A DNA stretch of 30,575 nucleotides from a virus (taxonomy: Duplodnaviria > Heunggongvirae > Uroviricota > Caudoviricetes), in the IMG/VR virus record IMGVR_UViG_3300032280_000594. The stretch is one strand, 5' to 3'. Both the position numbers and the translations under genes were made by a program. The notes beneath the pieces were generated by a model. That model saw only the letters and a program-made list of their open reading frames with translations, had not been told where the DNA came from and made no database searches. Shown here one piece after another: positions 1-8,668 of the stretch (its first letter is position 1; each line of letters starts with the position of its first letter).

Positions 1-195
1 ACTATCAAACTGAATTACTTCATCTTTGTTTATATGTTCGACAACCATTTCAAATATGGCTTGTTTCTTTTCTAACTCAATAGATTTATTTTGTTCTTGA
101 AGTTGAAAAATTTCACTTTGTAGTTTTCTAATCTGTTTAAAATTAGATTTAATTTTTGCTTGTGTTTCGTTATACCTAACAATTATCTCGTTCAT
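1..195 (-). CDS. hypothetical coiled-coil protein, partial (runs off window start)
   Basis: Hand-translated, not in ORF track: MNEIIVRYNETQAKIKSNFKQIRKLQSEIFQLQEQNKSIELEKKQAIFEMVVEHINKDEVIQFDS..., open to base 1; heptad-like L/I pattern. Confidence 0.75.
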   Translation of the reverse strand, partial: MNEIIVRYNETQAKIKSNFKQIRKLQSEIFQLQEQNKSIELEKKQAIFEMVVEHINKDEVIQFDS

Positions 196-257
196 ATTTT
201 AATTTTTATGGTTAAATTCATGTAACATCATGATATATAGTAATATAATGTCGCGAT

Positions 258-488
258 TTAATCTTCGTCAACACATTTAGGTTGTAAATACTTATCTACG
301 ATTTTCCCAATTAAGTCTGGTGCATCGATTAAAGTATTATCATTTTGAGCTATACCTTCCCAACAACTAGAAACATAGTGGTCTGGATGTTCCATCCACT
401 TAATAATTTCATTAAGAATTGCGTCTGCCACTTCGGGAGTGTACTGAATAACGTATTCATTACTTCCTATTTTAATTTGTTTTGTCAT
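258..488 (-). CDS. hypothetical phage protein
   Basis: 76 aa ORF, 4-nt overlap with upstream gene in a tightly packed minus-strand run. Confidence 0.75.
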   Translation of the reverse strand: MTKQIKIGSNEYVIQYTPEVADAILNEIIKWMEHPDHYVSSCWEGIAQNDNTLIDAPDLIGKIVDKYLQPKCVDED

Positions 489-781
489 ATAATTTTATTT
501 AATTGTTGTTCTCTCCAATCTTCTATGTTCATAAATAGGTTTGCAGGTAGCCACCCTTGTTTTGAGGGTCCACCATCGGCACGAAAGTTTTTTAAGATAA
601 CTGCATCTATAAGTTCGCTACTTTCAACATCAATAAAAACTTTACCTACCATATTTTCCACTTCATATATCTTACCAACTTCTAGCCAGTCAAAAGTTAC
701 CGGTTCGTGTTCACCTGTTAAAGCCACTCCTTTAGAGTGGAATTCAACGGTGGTTGTATTAGAAATACAAATTAGGTTCAT
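485..781 (-). CDS. small SH3-like beta-barrel family protein with C-terminal R-x-x-K/Q-L helix
   Basis: xCI...LEVGKIYEV...F...EDWREQQLNKII; same pattern as 5813, 8669, 9289, 13191. Confidence 0.75.
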   Translation of the reverse strand: MNLICISNTTTVEFHSKGVALTGEHEPVTFDWLEVGKIYEVENMVGKVFIDVESSELIDAVILKNFRADGGPSKQGWLPANLFMNIEDWREQQLNKII

Positions 782-996
782 TAGTAAGTATCTAAAAGTT
801 CTACTTCACCATAAGTTTGGTAAATATAATCTTGTGCTTCTTGTACATTTTTAAATTCTGCTTCATAGGTCCAGTCGTCTTGATAAGCTTCTCCACCCTC
901 AAATTCGTCTAACCATAAAGTTACTCCACCTTTAACCTCTTGAATAGCAAATCCTAAATCTGTATTTGTTTTTGATTTGTAAATTGTAATTGTCAT
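781..996 (-). CDS. hypothetical phage protein
   Basis: 71 aa acidic ORF, stop/start coupled with neighbours. Confidence 0.75.
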   Translation of the reverse strand: MTITIYKSKTNTDLGFAIQEVKGGVTLWLDEFEGGEAYQDDWTYEAEFKNVQEAQDYIYQTYGEVELLDTY

Positions 997-997
997 A

Positions 998-1333
998 TTA
1001 TTTATTTAAAAATTTTTGGTATTTGTTGTAAACTTGAACTACATCTTTTGCTCTTACTGGTCTCAAGCTATCGATTTCTTTTTGAGTACCAATGTCTGTA
1101 AGTTGTACGTCACCAAATCTAGTTCTTAGTTCATAGTAGGTACTATCATCTGATACTTCAACGATTGGTCCGTCGCTGGAGTTTTCATAGATAAACTTTT
1201 GTTCGGTTGACGCCGGGAAAGTATCTTGTGTTAAAGTTGGGTTAGAATAATGATTACTGATCATTACAGATAAAATAATCGCCACTACAAGTATTGTAGC
1301 AATTACTAATTTTTGAATAGTTTGTTTTGTCAT
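998..1333 (-). CDS. single-pass membrane protein
   Basis: N-terminal hydrophobic helix LVIATILVVAIILSVMI; start moved to 1333 (MTKQ) because TATATTTG promoter motif lies at 1352-1359. Confidence 0.75.
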   Translation of the reverse strand: MTKQTIQKLVIATILVVAIILSVMISNHYSNPTLTQDTFPASTEQKFIYENSSDGPIVEVSDDSTYYELRTRFGDVQLTDIGTQKEIDSLRPVRAKDVVQVYNKYQKFLNK

Positions 1334-1351
1334 ATTTTTAGTTTTGAATAA

Positions 1352-1359
1352 CAAATATA
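1352..1359 (-). promoter_or_regulatory. Bacteroidota-type -7 promoter element TATATTTG
   Basis: matches TAnnTTTG, intergenic, heads minus-strand run 1333->1. Confidence 0.65.
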
Positions 1360-1388
1360 CAAATTATTTTTTAGAAACAAATAAATTT

Positions 1389-1397
1389 TTATATATA
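1389..1397 (+). promoter_or_regulatory. putative late promoter variant TTATATATA
   Basis: 4 nt upstream of ATG 1402; one mismatch to recurrent TAATATATA. Confidence 0.45.
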
Positions 1398-1401
1398 TGT
1401 T

Positions 1402-2868
1402 ATGAGAAAAAAGAAGATACTAATAGGTATTACGACATTCAATGAATCGTATCAACCGACCAGTTTTCATTTTAAGGTAGATGAAACTGGAGAAAGAATC
1501 TATGATGATCATAGATTAAATATAGTTCAAGAGAACTTAAAAACCATTTATAATATGATTGATGATGTTAGAATAATGTCAAATATAAACATATTAGACA
1601 TTCAGAGTAATATAAATGTTAAAACTGTTCCTAATCCTACTACTGAAATAATTGGATTATTTGCATCAAAAATGTTTGAATCAATTGGTGTATTTTTTAT
1701 GGCAGGAACTCCAGCGGGTATTATCGCAACAATTGTAGGTAAACTAGTAAGTGCAATAATTACAACAGCTTGTAGAGCAGCATCTGGTGATGCAACAAAT
1801 GATATTCAGAGAGCGGTTAATGATATTAAAAATTGTATGAATGCGATCTTTAATGAAATACAAGTAAGGGTTACACATTGGTTACAAAATATGGAATTAG
1901 AGTGGAATAAAGTTTATCATTGTAATGGTGATTTAGTTCCTGAAATGAAAGGTGATGTAACACTTAGTGATTTAGGTAATTGTGATTGGTTTTTCCCGAA
2001 GAAAGGGGAGTCAGAAGATTATATTACTATTCGTAACTTTCTAACTAAAAAATGTAACTATTTAATTACTCGTGATTTACTTCCAGTTAAATGGAAAATA
2101 AAACAATGTTACAGAGCCTTTCCATCTGATGGGTTTGGAAATTTATTATCTGGATGGAATACTTGTTGGTATAAAGTACGTAATAGAAGTACTTGGGATA
2201 GTTGGTGTTCACATTCTGATTTTCCTAATAGCATACCTAGTAATTTAAGAGGTGATATAGAAGGCCCATTTGAAGACATCGAAAAAGGAAGTAATTATGA
2301 TACAGATGCAAATGGTAATATTTATTATTATCAATGGTGGCCAAAGTGGAATGGTTTAGATGGACCTCGTTATAATTGGGCTAATGAAACACCTCGTTGG
2401 ACGAATTGGTCTGGTAAGAGCGATAGAGTTGAGAAACCAAATCAGGATATAGTATCAGGTACTTCATTCTTAGATTTTATTAAAGATATATTAGATGGAC
2501 ATTATTTTGCAGATACATTGGTATCAGGTTCATTCCCAAATGAACCATCATACTTTTTATGGTATGAAACAAAAAGACCTAATGAGAATGTAAAAATTAT
2601 AAATGATAAAAGAAAATGGACATTACTAAGTAATGAAGCTTGTAAAGACATTGTTTATGATAGTAATAGTATATTCACTTGGGGTAGAGCTTATAGAGGA
2701 ATTAAACTAAATCATTATTACTTAGTTGATGAAAAAGGCGATTATGCACCAAGTGTTTTTTGTGATTGGTTATTCTCGGATGATGGTCATGGTAATATAA
2801 AAAATGAAAATGGTATAGCTGGTAAAATTGATGTTTATATGAATTGGGGATTATCAAAAGTAAATTAA
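1402..2868 (+). CDS. 488 aa Trp/Cys-rich hypothetical protein with internal hydrophobic hairpin
   Basis: Long ORF; hydrophobic segment IGVFFMAGTPAGIIATIVGKLVSAII followed by amphipathic helices; no family recognised. Confidence 0.85.
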   Translation: MRKKKILIGITTFNESYQPTSFHFKVDETGERIYDDHRLNIVQENLKTIYNMIDDVRIMSNINILDIQSNINVKTVPNPTTEIIGLFASKMFESIGVFFMAGTPAGIIATIVGKLVSAIITTACRAASGDATNDIQRAVNDIKNCMNAIFNEIQVRVTHWLQNMELEWNKVYHCNGDLVPEMKGDVTLSDLGNCDWFFPKKGESEDYITIRNFLTKKCNYLITRDLLPVKWKIKQCYRAFPSDGFGNLLSGWNTCWYKVRNRSTWDSWCSHSDFPNSIPSNLRGDIEGPFEDIEKGSNYDTDANGNIYYYQWWPKWNGLDGPRYNWANETPRWTNWSGKSDRVEKPNQDIVSGTSFLDFIKDILDGHYFADTLVSGSFPNEPSYFLWYETKRPNENVKIINDKRKWTLLSNEACKDIVYDSNSIFTWGRAYRGIKLNHYYLVDEKGDYAPSVFCDWLFSDDGHGNIKNENGIAGKIDVYMNWGLSKVN

Positions 2869-2871
2869 ATT

Positions 2872-2900
2872 AAAGTGTCGAATTTATCGACACTTTTTTT
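2872..2900 (+). terminator. intrinsic terminator
   Basis: AAAGTGTCGA/TCGACACTTT 10-bp stem, 5-nt loop, T-tract. Confidence 0.85.
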
Positions 2901-2908
2901 AATATATA
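2900..2908 (+). promoter_or_regulatory. putative late promoter TAATATATA
   Basis: 4 nt upstream of ATG 2913. Confidence 0.65.
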
Positions 2909-2912
2909 AGTT

Positions 2913-3362
2913 ATGAGAACAATTAAATTATTTGAGGATTTTAATACTCCGCAAGATTTCATAAAGGAGTTAAAAGATTTCTGTGAAATGTATTTAGCTT
3001 ATTTAATAGACGAAGGATTTGAAGTAAAAGTCACCGAAGAGAAAGGTGATACTTATGTATTAGATATAGAAAAAGTTTCAGTATATGCTAATTATACAGT
3101 TGGTAATTACGGAGTACGTAATATTGATAATAGTTTTAAATGGGGTGAAGTAGTAGATCATTTTATACCATTTTATCAAATGTTATCAAGAGAATATAAC
3201 TTAGTAAAAAGTGTAAGAGAACCATATGGAACTATAAATCTTAGACAAGAAATGACACTTGGTAGGAGAGTTGGATGGATTTGGAAAAATTATACAGGTG
3301 TAGAAGATTTAGATCCAGATACAAAGATTGATAAAATACAAATACCAATAAAAGCAAAATGA
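2913..3362 (+). CDS. putative virion internal protein, LxDFCExYLAYLxD paralog family
   Basis: Leader MRTIKLFEDFN; core LKDFCEMYLAYLIDEGF...WGEVVDHFIPF shared with 4048 and 7935. Confidence 0.8.
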   Translation: MRTIKLFEDFNTPQDFIKELKDFCEMYLAYLIDEGFEVKVTEEKGDTYVLDIEKVSVYANYTVGNYGVRNIDNSFKWGEVVDHFIPFYQMLSREYNLVKSVREPYGTINLRQEMTLGRRVGWIWKNYTGVEDLDPDTKIDKIQIPIKAK

Positions 3363-4048
3363 CATTAAACGAAACAGATAAATTACGAGTTTTATCTTTC
3401 TTAGAAGATAATGAATTAGATTATACACCTATAGATAATGGTATAATCCGTTTTCACCTTATTGCTGAGGATGGTATGACTTTTTATATAATAAACAACG
3501 AAAATGAGTATTTAGTCACTAAATATAACAAAGATAAAGACCGTCCAGGATCAGTTCCTTATGAAAACTATCAATTTAAGACACTTTCAGAGGTTTTAGA
3601 GCAATTAAAGTTCTATGATAGTAATTTACCTAAGGTATACTGGCAACCTATCTTAGAAACGATAGAAATAGGTTTCGATAAAGATAATCATATAGAAGAT
3701 TGGTATTCATCATTTATTAAGGATGATTTCTATAAAATTGAAGAAGATGATCAATATAAATACTTTTCTTATACAAATGAAGGTTATAAACCAGAATTGA
3801 TTTCACCATTTAATACTTTACACGAAGTAAGTGCATTTAATGATTTACAATTAGAAAAGGTTGATAAGTTATACTTTGAAGTACATCCAATTTCTTGTGT
3901 TAAGAAACGTGAAATGTATTTAGTAAAGTTGTTATGTAATAATGATAACATTTTCAAAGAGTATATAAACTATAAAGTTTATAAAGAAAAAGGATTAAAA
4001 CTAATGTTGAATACTTTATTCAATGATATGGGAAAATATAAATTATAA
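3359..4048 (+). CDS. hypothetical phage protein
   Basis: 229 aa ORF translationally coupled to both neighbours. Confidence 0.8.
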   Translation: MTLNETDKLRVLSFLEDNELDYTPIDNGIIRFHLIAEDGMTFYIINNENEYLVTKYNKDKDRPGSVPYENYQFKTLSEVLEQLKFYDSNLPKVYWQPILETIEIGFDKDNHIEDWYSSFIKDDFYKIEEDDQYKYFSYTNEGYKPELISPFNTLHEVSAFNDLQLEKVDKLYFEVHPISCVKKREMYLVKLLCNNDNIFKEYINYKVYKEKGLKLMLNTLFNDMGKYKL

Positions 4049-4542
4049 TGAAGTATTTAAAAAAATTTGAAATGATTGACTTTAATGACATTTTTAGTTT
4101 AAATGGATCCAGAGCTAAAAGAGAAGAACTTACCGATTTTTGTGAGACATATTTAGCTTACCTTATGGATGATTCTATAAAAGAATTAAAAGTTAGTAAA
4201 CCTCAATTATTACAAACAGAGAAATATGTTTGTTATAATGTAGAAATATACTTTAATAAAAGTGTACACTGGAACCAAATCAAAGATCATTTTCTACCAT
4301 TTCTTCAAATGGTTCAAAAAGAATATGATTTTAGAGAAGATAATATAGGAAGAATGTGTTCAATTGGTTGGAGGATAAAAGATACTTTAACTACAGCTAA
4401 ACAATACACTTTAAAACAATTATTAGATGATAAAATAGAAACTAATTTTACTTTAGAATTGGGATATGGTCATAAAGTATCTATACAAGGTAATGTTGGT
4501 TCAATAAAATTAGATATACTAGAAGAAGTTAGTAAAGACTAA
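4048..4542 (+). CDS. putative virion internal protein, LxDFCExYLAYLxD paralog family
   Basis: Leader MKYLKKFE; LTDFCETYLAYLMDD...WNQIKDHFLPF. Confidence 0.8.
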   Translation: MKYLKKFEMIDFNDIFSLNGSRAKREELTDFCETYLAYLMDDSIKELKVSKPQLLQTEKYVCYNVEIYFNKSVHWNQIKDHFLPFLQMVQKEYDFREDNIGRMCSIGWRIKDTLTTAKQYTLKQLLDDKIETNFTLELGYGHKVSIQGNVGSIKLDILEEVSKD

Positions 4543-4549
4543 CTTCTTC

Positions 4550-4861
4550 TTATATCTCTTTCAAACCATTAAAAACAATTTTTTTATAATCACAATCGAT
4601 AAAAGCTCTTTTCACTCTATCACCTTGACCACCTCTCCATTGATTTTCATTAAACCATTGTGCAAACTTAACAAGTTGTGTTCTAGTTATAAGTCCAAAC
4701 TCTTCTGGATAATCTAAAATATATTTTTGTGAAAACTCTCTTAGTTCAGGAATAAGTTCTAATGTTTGAGACCAACGAGAAACTCCATCTTCTGTATTAT
4801 ACCATCTATAACCGCTACCATACTTATGTTCTTCTGGTAACTTTCCGTCTATTATATTCAT
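4550..4861 (-). CDS. hypothetical phage protein
   Basis: ORF; start moved to 4861 (MNIIDG) because TATATTTG lies at 4881-4888. Confidence 0.75.
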   Translation of the reverse strand: MNIIDGKLPEEHKYGSGYRWYNTEDGVSRWSQTLELIPELREFSQKYILDYPEEFGLITRTQLVKFAQWFNENQWRGGQGDRVKRAFIDCDYKKIVFNGLKEI

Positions 4862-4880
4862 ACTTTTAATTTTATAACTA

Positions 4881-4888
4881 CAAATATA
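4881..4888 (-). promoter_or_regulatory. Bacteroidota-type -7 promoter element TATATTTG
   Basis: TAnnTTTG match upstream of 4861; second copy at 4907-4914. Confidence 0.6.
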
Positions 4889-4920
4889 CAAACTTTATTT
4901 TAAAATCAAATATAATTTTC

Positions 4921-5238
4921 ATGACAAATTATGATTTAATTCTTAGTACAGAATATAAGTATTTAATTTACTTAGTGGAAGAACTAAATAAATTAGAAGC
5001 AGCTTTTAAGAAACTAGCAGCTGATAGAGATGTTAAATTAACTTTTATTTTAAAAGAAGATGCAAGTGAAGGTTATCATAGTGCAATTGATATGTTAGAT
5101 AAAATTAAGTCACAGATAAATGATTTAGATATTTATCAATTGGCTTCTGCTGAATTAGAAGATATAGGTGATATGATAAATAAATTAGTCAATTATTATG
5201 AATACTTTTCTAAGGCGTGTGAAGAAATAAAAGTATAA
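4921..5238 (+). CDS. hypothetical alpha-helical protein
   Basis: 105 aa ORF, helical heptad pattern. Confidence 0.75.
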   Translation: MTNYDLILSTEYKYLIYLVEELNKLEAAFKKLAADRDVKLTFILKEDASEGYHSAIDMLDKIKSQINDLDIYQLASAELEDIGDMINKLVNYYEYFSKACEEIKV

Positions 5239-5246
5239 TTTAATTT

Positions 5247-5255
5247 TAATATATA
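5247..5255 (+). promoter_or_regulatory. putative late promoter TAATATATA
   Basis: 5 nt upstream of ATG 5261. Confidence 0.65.
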
Positions 5256-5260
5256 CTTTT

Positions 5261-5596
5261 ATGAAACACTTAAAACAATTTGAAAGTTATTTTGATAAAG
5301 ATTCTCATTGGACTGAACCAGAAGGAGATGCAATTTTAAAAGCATTTGATGAAGGTACAATTGAAGAAGCAACTAAAGAGGTTGAAGTAAAACCTACATA
5401 TCGTGCAACTGGTGATACTACTGAAACAACATTTAGATTTAAAATTAATGATAGACAAATCTTTGTTCAACTTTTAGAATACCCACATAGAGATCCAATT
5501 ATCGTTATTAAAATTGATGGTTACTTTACAACTATACCAACCGATAGTGAGTATCGTACAGAAATACTAGATAGATGTTTTAAATCTATTGAATAA
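5261..5596 (+). CDS. putative virion internal protein (capsid-targeting-like leader)
   Basis: Leader MKHLKQFES; TAATATATA upstream. Confidence 0.8.
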   Translation: MKHLKQFESYFDKDSHWTEPEGDAILKAFDEGTIEEATKEVEVKPTYRATGDTTETTFRFKINDRQIFVQLLEYPHRDPIIVIKIDGYFTTIPTDSEYRTEILDRCFKSIE

Positions 5597-5622
5597 AAAA
5601 ATCCACTTTAAGTGGATTTTTT
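5595..5622. terminator. bidirectional intrinsic terminator
   Basis: A-tract-ATCCACT-tta-AGTGGAT-T-tract between convergent genes. Confidence 0.8.
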
Positions 5623-5623
5623 G

Positions 5624-5743
5624 TTATACTAATTCTGCTTTTGCTTTAGCAAGAACAATTTCATTTTGTTTAATTCTTCTAAGTTTTTTAACTTGGTTAG
5701 CTCTGTTCTTTTTAGGTTTCCCTTCTTTTTTTGATTTTGACAT
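5624..5743 (-). CDS. 39 aa highly basic micro-protein
   Basis: Hand-translated: MSKSKKEGKPKKNRANQVKKLRRIKQNEIVLAKAKAELV*; 14/39 K+R; own TAATATATA upstream and terminator downstream. Confidence 0.7.
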   Translation of the reverse strand: MSKSKKEGKPKKNRANQVKKLRRIKQNEIVLAKAKAELV

Positions 5744-5764
5744 AATAAGTGAGTAATTTTCTTT

Positions 5765-5773
5765 TATATATTA
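5765..5773 (-). promoter_or_regulatory. putative late promoter TAATATATA
   Basis: 21 nt upstream of ATG 5743 on minus strand. Confidence 0.6.
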
Positions 5774-5784
5774 AAAAAATTATT

Positions 5785-5792
5785 TAATTTTG
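5785..5792 (+). promoter_or_regulatory. Bacteroidota-type -7 promoter element TAATTTTG
   Basis: TAnnTTTG match upstream of 5813. Confidence 0.45.
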
Positions 5793-5812
5793 TATTTAAA
5801 CAAATGTATAAT

Positions 5813-6247
5813 ATGATACTAAAATGTATAACTCATGACTTTCCAGGTAGAGTTACTTATGGAAAAGAATATAAAGTAATTGAAGAGAAAAAGTGTTCTT
5901 ACTATATAGTTGATGATAACAATAAAGTAGCTACCGTAACCAATAATAAATACTTTATTGATTTGGTAGAATGGAGAGAAAAACAAATAGAAAAAATAAT
6001 AAGAAATAATATGAGTCATTTAGAAGGTTACAATCAGTATTTAGTAAGCAATGCAAACACATTACTTAACTATATACAAGAAAATAATGTTGAATATAAC
6101 ATATCAAGTTTAGTTGAGTTGATAGATAATATAAACAACTCGCTTGGAGATAAGTTAGATTTCTATGCCGAGCAGCTAGATAGGACTATTGCAATAGCAC
6201 AACTCGACTTTGGATACATTCATAGTAGGGAACATTCGGTTCACTAA
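5813..6247 (+). CDS. SH3-like family domain fused to a helical C-terminal domain
   Basis: LKCI...VTYGKEYKV...F...VEWREKQIEKII then continues RNNMSHLEG...; start could be 5804. Confidence 0.75.
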   Translation: MILKCITHDFPGRVTYGKEYKVIEEKKCSYYIVDDNNKVATVTNNKYFIDLVEWREKQIEKIIRNNMSHLEGYNQYLVSNANTLLNYIQENNVEYNISSLVELIDNINNSLGDKLDFYAEQLDRTIAIAQLDFGYIHSREHSVH

Positions 6248-6250
6248 AAG

Positions 6251-6280
6251 ATACCACTCATTTGAGTGGTATTTTTTTTT
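6251..6280 (+). terminator. intrinsic terminator
   Basis: ATACCACTCA/TGAGTGGTAT inverted repeat then T-tract. Confidence 0.85.
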
Positions 6281-6288
6281 AATATATA
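6280..6288 (+). promoter_or_regulatory. putative late promoter TAATATATA
   Basis: 4 nt upstream of ATG 6293. Confidence 0.65.
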
Positions 6289-6292
6289 GTAT

Positions 6293-6748
6293 ATGATTTA
6301 TATAAAACTCTTTGATAATTTTAATCCAAATCACTATGTTGTAAGCTCTGATAAAATAGACCAAAGTTTATCTGATGGAATAGATGCAATACTTGCACCA
6401 ATAACTGATGATGGTTATTTCTTTAACCATTACATTTATGATAAGGATGGAGTACATAATGATAAGAAAAGATTAGAAATAAGTATTTATGTAGAAGGTG
6501 TAAACACATTTACTGAAGAATCAAATATTATTATCGGTTCCGAAATAAAAGAGTCAGTGCTTACACTACTTGATTTTTTAAAAAGAAGAACTGGAAATGA
6601 ACCAAGTGTTTATGTTTGGGATGAGAGTGAGTATCAATTTATTGATATGAAGGATACTGATACACACGGTCTTGAAGATCTTAATGATTTAAGAGAGGAA
6701 TATGCAGAAACTGACTCTATGAAAATAGTTGTCTTATTGGACTCCTAA
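6293..6748 (+). CDS. putative virion internal protein, acidic
   Basis: Leader MIYIKLFDNFN; IDAILAPITDDGY resembles LAYLxDxGF family core. Confidence 0.8.
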   Translation: MIYIKLFDNFNPNHYVVSSDKIDQSLSDGIDAILAPITDDGYFFNHYIYDKDGVHNDKKRLEISIYVEGVNTFTEESNIIIGSEIKESVLTLLDFLKRRTGNEPSVYVWDESEYQFIDMKDTDTHGLEDLNDLREEYAETDSMKIVVLLDS

Positions 6749-6812
6749 TCCTTTAATTATCAAATAGAGTTGATTTTTTATTTTGTGTAAGAAGTAAATT
6801 AAAATAAAAATT

Positions 6813-6821
6813 TAATATATA
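6813..6821 (+). promoter_or_regulatory. putative late promoter TAATATATA
   Basis: 16 nt upstream of ATG 6838. Confidence 0.65.
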
Positions 6822-6837
6822 AAAATAAAAACTTAAT

Positions 6838-7095
6838 ATGAAATACATAAAACTATTTGAAAACTTTATGGATGGAAACAAAGTCCAGTATAAAGCTGTT
6901 AAAAATTCAGAAGGTAAGTGGGAAATTCACATGAAAAATCCTAATCAAAATGAATTTAGTCTACCAACTAGTGGTACTTTATGGACAAATGATGGTAAAT
7001 ACTATAACTCTGAAGGAGATGCCATTAATGTTATTAAAAGTCAAACTAATGAAGATGAGCTTGATGGAGACACCGAATTAGATACAATTGAATGA
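6838..7095 (+). CDS. putative virion internal protein (capsid-targeting-like leader)
   Basis: Leader MKYIKLFENF. Confidence 0.8.
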   Translation: MKYIKLFENFMDGNKVQYKAVKNSEGKWEIHMKNPNQNEFSLPTSGTLWTNDGKYYNSEGDAINVIKSQTNEDELDGDTELDTIE

Positions 7096-7118
7096 TTTAA
7101 GAGAGATATATTTTTTTA

Positions 7119-7403
7119 TTAGACTCCTAAATCTTCTAACTTTTGATTTCTAATTTCTTGTAAAACAAAAGCTTCTATTCCTTCCAACTCAACTAATTCT
7201 TTGGAATGTTTTATTCCGGTTTTATCAATTACAATAGTGTAAACACAATCATCTTTGGTGAAAGATATAAGTTTCACTTCACCATTATTTATACCACCAT
7301 ATCTTGATTTTACTATCTGTTTATTGGATGTTCCACTTAATTTATTGTCAATAAATTCCAATAAAATTGGTGCAGTTTCTTCGGTAAGCCAATTATAAAT
7401 CAT
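7119..7403 (-). CDS. hypothetical protein with C-terminal R-x-x-K-L helix
   Basis: ends QEIRNQKLEDLGV*. Confidence 0.75.
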   Translation of the reverse strand: MIYNWLTEETAPILLEFIDNKLSGTSNKQIVKSRYGGINNGEVKLISFTKDDCVYTIVIDKTGIKHSKELVELEGIEAFVLQEIRNQKLEDLGV

Positions 7404-7405
7404 AA

Positions 7406-7864
7406 TTAAAATTTATGTTCAACTGAAAATGTTTGACCAGCAACTACTAAAACACTTTTCTCAAATTTTACACCATCATTATTTACAAATTTAATTTGGT
7501 GTGCACCAGGAGTAACTTTAACTTTTGTTTTTGGTGTTGAGCCTAATACTTTACCATCTAAAACAACTTTTGCGGAAGGAGTACAATTTATATTTATATA
7601 TCCAACAGGTTCTCTTTCAAACATCTTACTAACTTTTCTAAATAGTGATATAAAGATTACACCTACAATCCCAATTGCTATTAATCCAATTACAATTACT
7701 AAATAAAGAGCGACACCAATCCATAATGGTGAAGTAACCCACCACCAAGACCAGTTTGCAACTTCACCTACTCCACCAAGTTTAAGACCTAAGAATAAAA
7801 GGAAAAGTAATCCGGCAAAGCTGATACCATTTGATTGTTGTTGTTTTGTTATAGTTTTCTTCAT
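7406..7864 (-). CDS. two-TM phage membrane protein fused to a PEGA domain
   Basis: N-terminal LLFLLFLGLKL...WSWWWVTSPLW membrane motif; C-terminal GYININCTPSAKVVLDGKVLGSTP...VTPGAHQIKF = PEGA pattern. Confidence 0.75.
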   Translation of the reverse strand: MKKTITKQQQSNGISFAGLLFLLFLGLKLGGVGEVANWSWWWVTSPLWIGVALYLVIVIGLIAIGIVGVIFISLFRKVSKMFEREPVGYININCTPSAKVVLDGKVLGSTPKTKVKVTPGAHQIKFVNNDGVKFEKSVLVVAGQTFSVEHKF

Positions 7865-7901
7865 TTTTATTTTATTATATTTTATTAAAAAGTTGATTTA
7901 G

Positions 7902-7909
7902 CAAATATA
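7902..7909 (-). promoter_or_regulatory. Bacteroidota-type -7 promoter element TATATTTG
   Basis: TAnnTTTG match upstream of 7864. Confidence 0.6.
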
Positions 7910-7920
7910 GTAAATTATTT

Positions 7921-7929
7921 TAATATATA
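7921..7929 (+). promoter_or_regulatory. putative late promoter TAATATATA
   Basis: 5 nt upstream of ATG 7935. Confidence 0.65.
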
Positions 7930-7934
7930 CTAGT

Positions 7935-8414
7935 ATGAGATATTTAAAGAGATTTAATGAATCACAAGATGGTTTTAAAGAACAATTACGAGATTTTTGT
8001 GAGATACATTTGGCTTACTTATTAGATAATGGATTTATGGTTGAGATAAATGAGTTTGATGAACTAGATGGATTTGAATTACTTATTAAAAAAGAGGAAG
8101 AAGATTTACTAAGAAATCCAATATTTACTTGGGAAGAAGTAAAAAATTATATTGGTCCTTTTGTTTTTTATTTAGATAAAGAGTATGAGTTATATAAAGC
8201 ACCTGAGAAAATTGGTAAGTCAGAACCAGGTGATGTTGGTATAGTTCAATCTCAAATTGATTCATTATTTGAGCCATTTAATGTCGAAGAGATCGGTGAT
8301 GATAATTACGAACCATTTTTAGACCAAAAATCTGGATTTACTCCTTCAAGTAAAAAAAGAAGTGATACTAAACTAGAATATATTTTGATATATTCGGTTT
8401 TACAAAACAAATAA
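7935..8414 (+). CDS. putative virion internal protein, LxDFCExYLAYLxD paralog family
   Basis: Leader MRYLKRFNES; LRDFCEIHLAYLLDNGF...FTWEEVKNYIGPF. Confidence 0.8.
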   Translation: MRYLKRFNESQDGFKEQLRDFCEIHLAYLLDNGFMVEINEFDELDGFELLIKKEEEDLLRNPIFTWEEVKNYIGPFVFYLDKEYELYKAPEKIGKSEPGDVGIVQSQIDSLFEPFNVEEIGDDNYEPFLDQKSGFTPSSKKRSDTKLEYILIYSVLQNK

Positions 8415-8435
8415 TTTCATTTTCATATAATCTAT

Positions 8436-8648
8436 ATGAGTTACGTTATAGATTTTGGTGGTACGATAATGGAAGTTCCCTTAACATTTTTTAAAAATAA
8501 TTTGAATTATAAGATTGTTAAACACGATCTTATAGGTGATACACACTTTATAAATTATGGTGGAATAACTATTAGTGTTCACGATAATATTTTGAAGAAA
8601 GTTCAAATAGATTTAAGAGATTCAAAAATAGATAGTATATTAGAATAA
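8436..8648 (+). CDS. hypothetical protein with C-terminal R-x-x-K-I helix
   Basis: ends IDLRDSKIDSILE*. Confidence 0.75.
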   Translation: MSYVIDFGGTIMEVPLTFFKNNLNYKIVKHDLIGDTHFINYGGITISVHDNILKKVQIDLRDSKIDSILE

Positions 8649-8655
8649 TTTTTTA

Positions 8656-8663
8656 TATCTTTG
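8656..8663 (+). promoter_or_regulatory. Bacteroidota-type -7 promoter element TATCTTTG
   Basis: TAnnTTTG, 5 nt upstream of ATG 8669. Confidence 0.6.
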
Positions 8664-8668
8664 TATTT

